This document shows, piece after piece, positions 57,504 through 64,000 of a stretch of DNA of 64,000 bases. The DNA is from an uncultured Actinomycetes bacterium. Its GTDB lineage: Bacteria > Actinomycetota > Thermoleophilia > Gaiellales > Gaiellaceae. How positions within the stretch are numbered: position 1 is the first letter of the stretch; every line of letters starts with the position of its first letter. The stretch spans positions 50,297 through 114,296 of the forward strand of contig CAVZHU010000014.1 in NCBI GenBank assembly GCA_963775155.1, in the 5' to 3' direction. The notes under the pieces are model-generated. The model searched no databases and was not told where the DNA came from. It was given only the letters and a program-made list of their open reading frames with translations. Made by a program: the position numbers and the translations under genes.

Positions 57504-57532
57504 TTGATCCGGTGACGCCGAATGTCTAGGTT
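57504..57532 (+). promoter_or_regulatory. sigma-70-like promoter candidate
   Basis: TTGATC-N17-TAGGTT read directly from the sequence. No ORF follows. Confidence 0.4.
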
Positions 57533-57539
57533 CTCTCTT

Positions 57540-57700
57540 GCGCCGAGCACGGAGCGCAAGTAGGTCGAAACCTCGACTGAGCGGTCAGACGAAGAGGGGG
57601 CAACCCCGAGGCGGAAGGTCGGTTGGGCGAGGCGGACGAAAGCGCAACCGGCTCGGCGAATTCTCTGGTCCGGCCCCCGCAAGGGGGCCGGACGCTTTTC
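57540..57700 (+). ncRNA. candidate orphan structured small RNA (about 160 nt), family not recognised
   Basis: Closing helix CGCCGAGC (57541-48) / GCTCGGCG (57651-58), extended by CGG/CCG and GCGC/GCGC. Internal hairpins include GGGG-GCAA-CCCC. Ends in a strong intrinsic terminator. Lies in a 350-nt gap between convergent genes. Confidence 0.45.
57669..57700 (+). terminator. rho-independent terminator
   Basis: TCCGGCCCCC-GCAA-GGGGGCCGGA followed by CGCTTTTC. Confidence 0.75.
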
Positions 57701-57711
57701 AGGGGCCGAAC

Positions 57712-57826
57712 GACCGGTGGCAGCCACCGTCACGAGAGGGTCGGGCGTTCGCGACGGATCGGTGACGGAGCGGCCGGCCGAGCGGCGCAGCTCGTGACAG
57801 AGACGTCACGGTGGCTGCTACCGGCC
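57712..57826. repeat. 115-bp palindrome-ended element, copy 4
   Basis: GACCGGTGGCAGCCACC (57712-28) and GGTGGCTGCTACCGGCC (57810-26). The right arm overlaps the last 9 nt of the TrmH-family gene. Confidence 0.85.
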
Positions 57827-58490
57827 TTGGCGCGCCAGCTCGTAGAGCGCGATCGTTCCCGCCATCGCGACGTTGAGCGACTCGCCGCCCGCCTGCGGGA
57901 TCGAGACGCGCTCGGCGCAGGCCGCCAGCACCTCGGAAGGAAGCCCGTCGCGCTCTGCGCCCAGCACGAGCACGACTTCGCCGCCGGCCTCGAGCTCCGG
58001 CAACGGCGTGCCGCCCTGGGGCACGAGCGCAAGCCGTCGGCCGGCGGGCTGCTCGAAGTCCGCGAGCGGAACGCGGAAGACGGAGCCCATCGACGCGCGG
58101 AGCGCCTTCGGCGAGGTCGGGTCGGCGCAACCAGGCGAGAGCGCGACACCGGCCCCGAACGCGTCCGCGGAGCGGAGCAGCGTGCCGACGTTGCCGGGGT
58201 CGCCGACGTGCCACAGTCCGAGCGTGACGGGGCGCACGCCGCGCGGGAGGTCGTCGCGCCGGTAGACGGCGATGACGCGCGGCGGGTGCGCCAGCGACGA
58301 GACCTCGGCGAGGAGCTCGGGCGCGACGGTCTCCCCCGCCGCCAGCACGTCGACCGGCTCCACGCCGGCAGCCGCTGCGGCTGCGACGAGATCCTCGCCC
58401 TCGACGGCGAACAGTCCGAGCTTGTCGCGCCAGCGCCGGTCGCGGAGCTTGCGCAGCAGCTTGAGGCGCTCGTTGTCGCGGGAGGAGATC
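57818..58490 (-). CDS. SpoU/TrmH-family RNA 2'-O-methyltransferase
   Basis: [16 protein letters not shown]..., GDPGNVGTLLRSADAFG, ESLNVAMAGTIALYE. GTG 58490 preferred (GTGA overlap with the upstream gene); the ORF is open to 58594. Confidence 0.8.
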
Positions 58491-59391
58491 ACGCGCGCCA
58501 GTCGATCCAGGCGCCGTGAAAGTCGGCGTGGGCCACCTCGTCTCCGTCCACGAAGAGACCGTAGTAGTCGTGGCTGCCGTCGTTCGGCTGCCACGTCTCG
58601 ACGAACGCGACCTCCGCCTCGGCGAGCAGCTCCCGGACACGCTCCCGGCGCTCGCGCGGAAGGTAGTTGAGCGCAGCCGTCTGCCAGACGACGAGCAGGC
58701 TGTCGCCGCGGCCGCGCGCGAGCACCGCCGGCAACTCCTCGACCATGTCGCCCGCGACGATCTCGGGCGGGTCACGCCGCCAGACCTCGACCGCGGCGTC
58801 GACTCGTGCGAGCCGCTCGGTCTGGCCCGCCCAGACGAACGCCTTCAGCAGCCGTACCCCCTCGTCCGTGTGCAGGTCGGGGGGCGCCGCGTCGATTCCC
58901 ACCCGCGACCGCACGACGGGAAGCCGCGAGAGCGGCACGGGCGTCCGCTCCTTGCCGGCGAGCACCGGCTCCCCGGGGAACGAGCCGTTTCCGTACTCGT
59001 AGCCGTACCGGTCCCAGATCAGGTTCAGCCCGCCGCTGCAGCCGAGCTCGAGGCAATGGAAGGAGTCGACGCCGTAGCGGCGCGCGACCTCGAGGAAGCA
59101 CGGCACGAGCCACCAGCAGCGCTGGACCTCGTTCGTCTGCACCCGCTCCTGCGCCACCCAGGCGGCGAGGAACTCCGCCTCGTCGCGCAGCGCGCCGTGC
59201 ACGTCGTCCCACGACGCGCGGCCGCTCAGCACGAGGTAGTGGAGGCCGCCGAAGAGCTGCAGCGGGTAGCGCCGGCCGACCTCGGCGGGAAGGAGCGGCT
59301 CGCCGGCGAGCTCGTGGGCCAGCCGTTCGTAGAGAGGCGAGCGGCCCGCGAAGTGCCGCGCCTGCCGCCGGAACGCCTCGGCCCGGTTCAG
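58489..59391 (-). CDS. DUF2332-like protein (methyltransferase-fold family); start unresolved
   Basis: The family-like N-terminus [28 protein letters not shown] is in frame upstream of the annotated GTG 59232. No ATG/GTG/TTG precedes it, only a CTG at 59391 overlapping the rplT stop. Confidence 0.55.
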   Translation of the reverse strand: MNRAEAFRRQARHFAGRSPLYERLAHELAGEPLLPAEVGRRYPLQLFGGLHYLVLSGRASWDDVHGALRDEAEFLAAWVAQERVQTNEVQRCWWLVPCFLEVARRYGVDSFHCLELGCSGGLNLIWDRYGYEYGNGSFPGEPVLAGKERTPVPLSRLPVVRSRVGIDAAPPDLHTDEGVRLLKAFVWAGQTERLARVDAAVEVWRRDPPEIVAGDMVEELPAVLARGRGDSLLVVWQTAALNYLPRERRERVRELLAEAEVAFVETWQPNDGSHDYYGLFVDGDEVAHADFHGAWIDWRA

Positions 59392-59789
59392 GCCCCAGGA
59401 CCGGCGGCGGCGGCTTTGCCGCCGGCGCTTCCAGCCTCGAGCGCGGCCTTCGCCCGCGCGGCGATCGCGCCGAACGCCGCCGGATCGCTGACCGCGAGGT
59501 CGGCGAGTATCTTCCGGTCGAGCTCGATGCCCGCCTTCGTGCAGCCGTTCACGAACTGGTTGTACGAAAGCCCGTGCGCGCGCGCCGCGGCGTTGATGCG
59601 CGTGATCCAGAGCCGCCGGAACTCCCGCTTGCGCACCTTGCGGTCGCGGTAGGCGTAGACGAGCGAGTGCTCGACCTGCTCCTTCGCGTAGCGGTAGTGG
59701 GTGCTCTTACGGCCCCAGTAGCCCTTCGCCTGGGCGAGAACCTTGCGGCGCTTCTTGTGCGCGTGGACGGCACGTTTGACCCTCGGCAT
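59388..59789 (-). CDS. rplT: 50S ribosomal protein L20
   Basis: [26 protein letters not shown]... Confidence 0.95.
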   Translation of the reverse strand: MPRVKRAVHAHKKRRKVLAQAKGYWGRKSTHYRYAKEQVEHSLVYAYRDRKVRKREFRRLWITRINAAARAHGLSYNQFVNGCTKAGIELDRKILADLAVSDPAAFGAIAARAKAALEAGSAGGKAAAAGPGA

Positions 59790-59799
59790 CGGAGGCCTC

Positions 59800-59997
59800 C
59801 TACCCCATCCTCAGCATCTTCTTGATCGCACCGCGGTCCGCACCCGTAACCTCGACGTCCTTGCGGAAGCCGCGCTTACGCTTCGACGACTTCTTCTCCA
59901 GGTTGTGACTGCGCATCGCCGGCCGGCGCAGAATCTTGCCGCTGCCGGTCACCTTGAACTTCTTCTTCGCGCTGCTCCGCGTCTTCGTCTTCGGCAT
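59800..59997 (-). CDS. rpmI: 50S ribosomal protein L35
   Basis: [25 protein letters not shown], preceded by a GGAG RBS. Confidence 0.95.
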   Translation of the reverse strand: MPKTKTRSSAKKKFKVTGSGKILRRPAMRSHNLEKKSSKRKRGFRKDVEVTGADRGAIKKMLRMG

Positions 59998-60565
59998 TTC
60001 GTTTCACTCCTGCGTTCTTCGTCGGACCCAGCAGCATCACCATGTTGCGTCCGTCCTGGAGCGGCTGGGACTCGATCTGCCCGATCTCCTTGACGTCCTC
60101 GGCGAGCCGGAGGAGGAGGTCGCGACCCCGTTCCGGGTGGGTCTGCTCCCGGCCCCGGAACATGATCGTGATCTTCACCTTCGCGCGCTGGTTGAGGAAC
60201 CGCTCGACGTGCCCCTTCTTGGTGTTGTAGTCGTGGACGCCGATCTTCGGCCGGAACTTGATCTCCTTGACCTGGATCTGGCTCTGGTGCTTACGGGCCT
60301 GCTTCGCCTTCTGCTCCTGCTCGTACTTGTACTTGCCGTAGTCCATGACCTTGGCGACCGGCGGGTCGGCCTGGGCGGCGACCTCGACGAGATCGAGGTT
60401 CTTGCCGTAGGCGTACTCGCGCGCCTCGTCCGTGGACTTGATTCCGAGCTGGCTGCCGTCGTCGTCGATCAGCCGGACCCGCGGAACGCGGATCGCGTCG
60501 TTGATCCGAGTCGTGTCGCGTGGCTCCGGGCGGATCTGGTCGAACGGCCGGCGTCTGGGCCTCAA
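59876..60565 (-). CDS. infC: translation initiation factor IF-3 (3' end uncertain; the ORF as read overlaps rpmI by 122 nt)
   Basis: [59 protein letters not shown]..., [10 protein letters not shown] 60565 or an internal ATC start. Confidence 0.88.
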   Translation of the reverse strand: MRPRRRPFDQIRPEPRDTTRINDAIRVPRVRLIDDDGSQLGIKSTDEAREYAYGKNLDLVEVAAQADPPVAKVMDYGKYKYEQEQKAKQARKHQSQIQVKEIKFRPKIGVHDYNTKKGHVERFLNQRAKVKITIMFRGREQTHPERGRDLLLRLAEDVKEIGQIESQPLQDGRNMVMLLGPTKNAGVKRNAEDEDAEQREEEVQGDRQRQDSAPAGDAQSQPGEEVVEA

Positions 60566-60610
60566 GCGTCTCTCACCAAGTCGGGCTTATACCTCCTGTC
60601 TCGCTTGTGC

Positions 60611-60637
60611 AACAAAAAGCCGCTGCCATGCAGCGGC
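60611..60637 (-). terminator. intrinsic terminator / possible attenuator between thrS and infC
   Basis: Minus strand reads GCCGCTGC-atg-GCAGCGGC followed by TTTTTGTT, only about 45 nt upstream of the infC start. Confidence 0.6.
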
Positions 60638-60741
60638 CCGATCCTCGTCCCCAAACCAGATACCTGGCGACTCGGTTGAACCCCGCGCGGTCCGTCGCCG
60701 GCCCGGGAGGTGAGGAACGGGTCCGCTCCTGCTTTCAGGTG

Positions 60742-62658
60742 TCAGAGGGTAGCAAGCCTGTTGAGGAGAGCAAGCAGCGACAGCGTCGACTGCTCGCCGC
60801 CGCGCTCCCGCACGGCGAGGCTCTCGTCGGACTCGCGGTCGCCGTAGACGATCGTGACCGGAATCTTCTCGAGCTCCGCGGCCCGGATCCGCTTGCCGAT
60901 CGTCTCGCTCGGCTCCGCGACCTCGGCGCGGAAGCCGGCCTCGCGCAGCCGCAGCTCGAGCGTCCGAGCCGCGTCCACGTGCGCCTCCCCCACCGGCAGC
61001 ACGCGCACCTGTACCGGCGCCAGCCAGAAGGGGAAGGCACCCGCGTAGTGCTCGACGAGGATGCCGATGAAGCGCTCCAGAGAGCCGAGCAGCGCGCGGT
61101 GGATGACGTACGGCGTGTGCTCGCGGTTGTCCGCGCCCATGTACGTGAGACCGAAGTTCTTCGGCATCTGGGCGTCGAGCTGGATCGTCCCCATCTGCCA
61201 GGAGCGGCCGAGGACGTCGGTCATGTGCAGGTCGATCTTCGGCCCATAGAAGGCGCCGTCGCCCTCGTTGACGACGTACTCGATCTCGCGCTTGTCGAGC
61301 GCCGCCCTGAGCGCACCCTCGGTGAAGTCCCACTCCTCGTCGGTACCGAGCTTCGGGTCGGGACGCGTCGAGAGCTCGAAGCGCGCCTCCATCTCGAACA
61401 GGTCATACAGGTACGAGGCGAAGTCGAGGCAGCCGAAGATCTCGTCCTCGATCTGCTCCGGCGCGCAGAAGATGTGCGCGTCGTCCTGCGTGATGTGCTT
61501 CACGCGAAGGAGGCCGTGGAGCGTTCCGCCCAGCTCGTCCCGATGCAGCGTCGAGGACTCTGCATAGCGGAACGGCAAGTCTCGGTAGCTGCGGAGCTGC
61601 GAGCCGAAGAGCAGCATGTGCCCCGGGCAGTTCATCGGCTTGAGCGCGAACTCGCGCTCCTCCCCGTGCGAGCGCGTGAAGAACATGTTCTCGCGGTAGT
61701 TGTCGTAGTGACCCGAGGTGACATAGGTGTCCACGTCGTAGAGCAGCGGGGTCTTCACCTCGACGTACCCCCGCTCGAGGTTCTCCCGCCGGCGTAGGTC
61801 CTCGAGCGCATTCCAGATCACCATCCCCTTCGGGTGCCAGAAGGGAGAGCCCGGAGAGTGGTCGCTCAGGTGGAAGAGGTCGAGCTGGACGCCGACCCGA
61901 CGGTGGTCACGTGCCTTCGCCTGCTCGAGCCGTTCCAGGTACGCGTCGAGGTCTCCTGCGTGTAGAAGGCGGTGCCGTAGATGCGGGTGAGCTGCGGCTG
62001 CGACGAGTCGCCGCGCCAGTAGGCGCCGGCGAGGCCGGTCAGCTTGAGCGCCTTGATCGGCTGCGAGTCCTGCAGGTGCGGGCCGCGGCAGAGGTCGGTG
62101 AATTCCGCCTCGCCGTCGTGCGACTGGGTGTAGAGGGAGATGTCGCCCTCGGCCGTGCCGACGAGCTCGACCTTGTACGGCTCTCCCTCCGCCTCGAAGC
62201 GGGCGACCGCCTCGTCGCGGCGAGCTCTCGCTCCGCTCCCAGCGCCTGCCCTCCTTCAACTCGCGCCGAATCTCGGCCTCGATCTGCTCGAGATCCTCCT
62301 CGCGGATCGGCTCCGGAAACTCGAAGTCGTAGTAGAAGCCGTTCTCGATCGGCGGCCCGATCGCGATCTTGACCCCGGGGTAGAGGCGGCGTACGGCCTC
62401 GGCGAGCAGGTGCGCCGACGAATGGCGCAGAACCGAGAGCGCGTCCGGGTCCTCGCGGTCGCGCGTCGTCAGGAGCTGGATCCGCGCACCCTCGGAGAGC
62501 GGCAGGCGCAGGTCCTGGACGCTCCCGTCGGCGCGGACGAGCACGGCCTGCTCGGCGAGCTTCGGCCCGATCGCGCGGGCAGCGTCGAGCCCGGTCGCGC
62601 CGGCGGGAAGCTCGAGCTCGGAGTTGTCGGGAAGGACGACCTTCATGGAACCGGTCAA
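60742..62658 (-). CDS. thrS: threonine--tRNA ligase; two frame changes (about 62225 and 61953) garble roughly 90 codons
   Basis: TGS N-terminus, HSSAHLLAEAV, class II core, HRALLGSLERFIGILVEH, anticodon-binding end. The alternative frame between the two sites reads DEAVARFEAEGEPYKVELV...CRGPHLQDSQPIKALKLTGLAGAYWRGD. Confidence 0.9.
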   Translation of the reverse strand: MTGSMKVVLPDNSELELPAGATGLDAARAIGPKLAEQAVLVRADGSVQDLRLPLSEGARIQLLTTRDREDPDALSVLRHSSAHLLAEAVRRLYPGVKIAIGPPIENGFYYDFEFPEPIREEDLEQIEAEIRRELKEGRRWERSESSPRRGGRPLRGGGRAVQGRARRHGRGRHLPLHPVARRRGGIHRPLPRPAPAGLAADQGAQADRPRRRLLARRLVAAAAHPHLRHRLLHAGDLDAYLERLEQAKARDHRRVGVQLDLFHLSDHSPGSPFWHPKGMVIWNALEDLRRRENLERGYVEVKTPLLYDVDTYVTSGHYDNYRENMFFTRSHGEEREFALKPMNCPGHMLLFGSQLRSYRDLPFRYAESSTLHRDELGGTLHGLLRVKHITQDDAHIFCAPEQIEDEIFGCLDFASYLYDLFEMEARFELSTRPDPKLGTDEEWDFTEGALRAALDKREIEYVVNEGDGAFYGPKIDLHMTDVLGRSWQMGTIQLDAQMPKNFGLTYMGADNREHTPYVIHRALLGSLERFIGILVEHYAGAFPFWLAPVQVRVLPVGEAHVDAARTLELRLREAGFRAEVAEPSETIGKRIRAAELEKIPVTIVYGDRESDESLAVRERGGEQSTLSLLALLNRLATL

Positions 62659-62792
62659 GGATATGCACCCCCGTGCAGACGGACGGGACGGGAAGTCGCC
62701 GGCCTCCGCTGCGACGGCGGAGGCGGATCAGCCCGCGCACGACCCGGCGACAACCGGCCGCGCGCGGCGGGCTGTCGATGTCCGGGTCGTGA

Positions 62793-63957
62793 TCATCGGC
62801 CGGAGCCTAGCGCCAGGAGGGTCACGGGCGCCACCAGGAGAACCCACATCACGACCCCGATTCCTGCGGCCCCGGCGAGCACGCCGAGCAGGAGAGGGAC
62901 GAAGGAGGCCGCGATCCCGCCCAACCCCCCGACCGCCACCGCCGCTCCGCTGCGCCCCGGCAGCGCCTCGTAGAGCCACGCCTTCGGAATCGGGTACCAG
63001 CCCGACGTGAGCAGGCCCAGCATCGCGAGAAGAAGCAGCTTCGCCAGGCCCGGGACGAGGAGGAACGCCGGATAGGCGCCGAGCGCGAGCAGCGCGGTCG
63101 CGCGCAGCACGCCCGAGCCGGCCGTCCGCCGCAACACCCGCAGAAGCAGCCAGTTGCCGACCAGCTCGGCGCCCGTCCACACGCCGACGCCGAGCGCCGC
63201 CCGCGCCGGAGTCCAGCCGTCCCCGTACACGAGGTAGAGGGCGACGAAGCCGTGGAAGCCGTCGAGCAACAGATCGCCGGCCTCGAGCAGGAGGAGGAGC
63301 CGCAGCACGTCCCGCCTGCGGATCGCGGCCGCCGCCTCGCGAAGCGCACGACCGAGCGGCGGCGCGCCGTCCGGACTCGAAGCGGGGAAGCGCAGAGCCG
63401 CGAGCGCGAGCGGGAGCGCCGCGACGGCGAGCAGGACGATCGCTCCACGCCAGCCGAGCCCGAGCTGGACGGCAGCCACGAGCAACACCGGGCCGCCGAC
63501 ATAGCCGAACGAGCCGGCGAGCGTCCAGCGTGCCATGTTGCGGTACCCGTGCGGGCGGGTCGGAGTCCATCAGCGTCGCCTGCGCGAGAGAGACGAAGGC
63601 GCCGGTGGCGGGGTTGCCGATCAGGAGCGCGAAGAGCAGGAGCCAGAAGCCTCCGGCAGCAGCGGTCAACGCGGCCGACAGCGCGAAGACGAGCCCACCT
63701 CCGACGACCAGCGCCCGCCGGCGCGCGGTGTCCCCGACGGCGCCGAGCACCGGGTCCAGCGCGCTACCGACGAAGCCCGGGATCGCGAGGACGAGCCCGA
63801 CCTCGGCGTAGCTCAGGCCGAGGTCGTGCCGGATCGACGGCCAGGCAGCCGCGCGGGTACCGCCGACGAGCTCGTCGAGCAGCTCGATCGCGAGCAGCGC
63901 CGCGACGAGCGCCGCGCCGCTATGCCGGACGGATCAGGGTCTGCCGCGAATCGACAT
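62793..63957 (-). CDS. MFS transporter (frameshifts near 63.53 and 63.93 kb)
   Basis: C-terminal half is in ORF 62793..63536. N-terminal helices (...WPSIRHDLGLSYAEVGLVLAIPGFVGSALDPVLGAVGD...) are in another frame. Likely ATG at 63957. Confidence 0.6.
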
Positions 63958-64000
63958 GTCCTGATTCTGCCCCATCGTCCGGCGGCACTCCAGGAGTATC

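Noticed and set aside
57540-57700. The sRNA candidate as SRP (4.5S) RNA, tmRNA or a known riboswitch
   Set aside because: It has no GGAA-capped domain IV with AGCA/GGUCC symmetric-loop motifs, and it is far too short for tmRNA or RNase P. No B12 box, TPP (CUGAGA...ACCUGA), SAM or ydaO signatures were seen, and no gene follows it.
2008-57826. The four palindrome-ended elements as a CRISPR array
   Set aside because: The copies are 6-34 kb apart, each lies in a different intergenic region, and no regular repeat-spacer periodicity or cas genes are present.
1-64000. tRNA, rRNA, transposase, integrase, toxin-antitoxin or known defence-system genes
   Set aside because: I scanned the intergenic gaps and all ORF translations. 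No cloverleaf-like segments, DDE/tyrosine-recombinase motifs or recognisable defence domains were seen. Absence is by eye only.

Overview
High-G+C (about 70% by eye) bacterial chromosome segment. Gene content and codon style look like Actinomycetota, possibly Thermoleophilia/Rubrobacteria-like; that placement is inference only. I recognise about 65 protein genes and saw no rRNA, tRNA, CRISPR array, transposase or integrase. The backbone is housekeeping: thrS-infC-rpmI-rplT, pheST, hisC, ilvA, dinB, pepA and zur-znuABC. It also carries a dispersed branched-chain/leucine acyl-CoA catabolic set: carboxylase beta and alpha subunits, enoyl-CoA hydratase, acyl-CoA dehydrogenase, 2-oxoacid dehydrogenase E1ab/E2/E3 and MeaB. 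Positions 9.2-23 kb form a visibly lower-G+C cell-envelope block. It holds an S53 peptidase with duplicated PEGA-like domains, GT2 + oxidoreductase + GT4 + a tail-anchored small protein + a GT-C-like polytopic protein + a clan GH-A hydrolase, then a large beta-helix protein ending in (GPP)8. This block is bracketed by an intact enoyl-CoA hydratase gene and a decayed internal fragment of the same gene. The most unusual signals are non-coding. (1) A four-copy family of 103-115 bp intergenic elements has 17-nt inverted termini built on a 13-nt palindrome; three copies sit in a fixed orientation just 5' of acyl-CoA metabolism genes. (2) A 171-nt near-perfect rod-like hairpin has AT-rich 22-nt arms. 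(3) A roughly 160-nt orphan structured RNA candidate has its own promoter-like motif and a strong intrinsic terminator. Many conserved genes, including essential thrS and pheT, carry frameshifts that look like single-base losses in G/C runs. I read these as probable assembly indels, not true pseudogenes. All product calls come from motif and family recognition by eye; no database search was possible.
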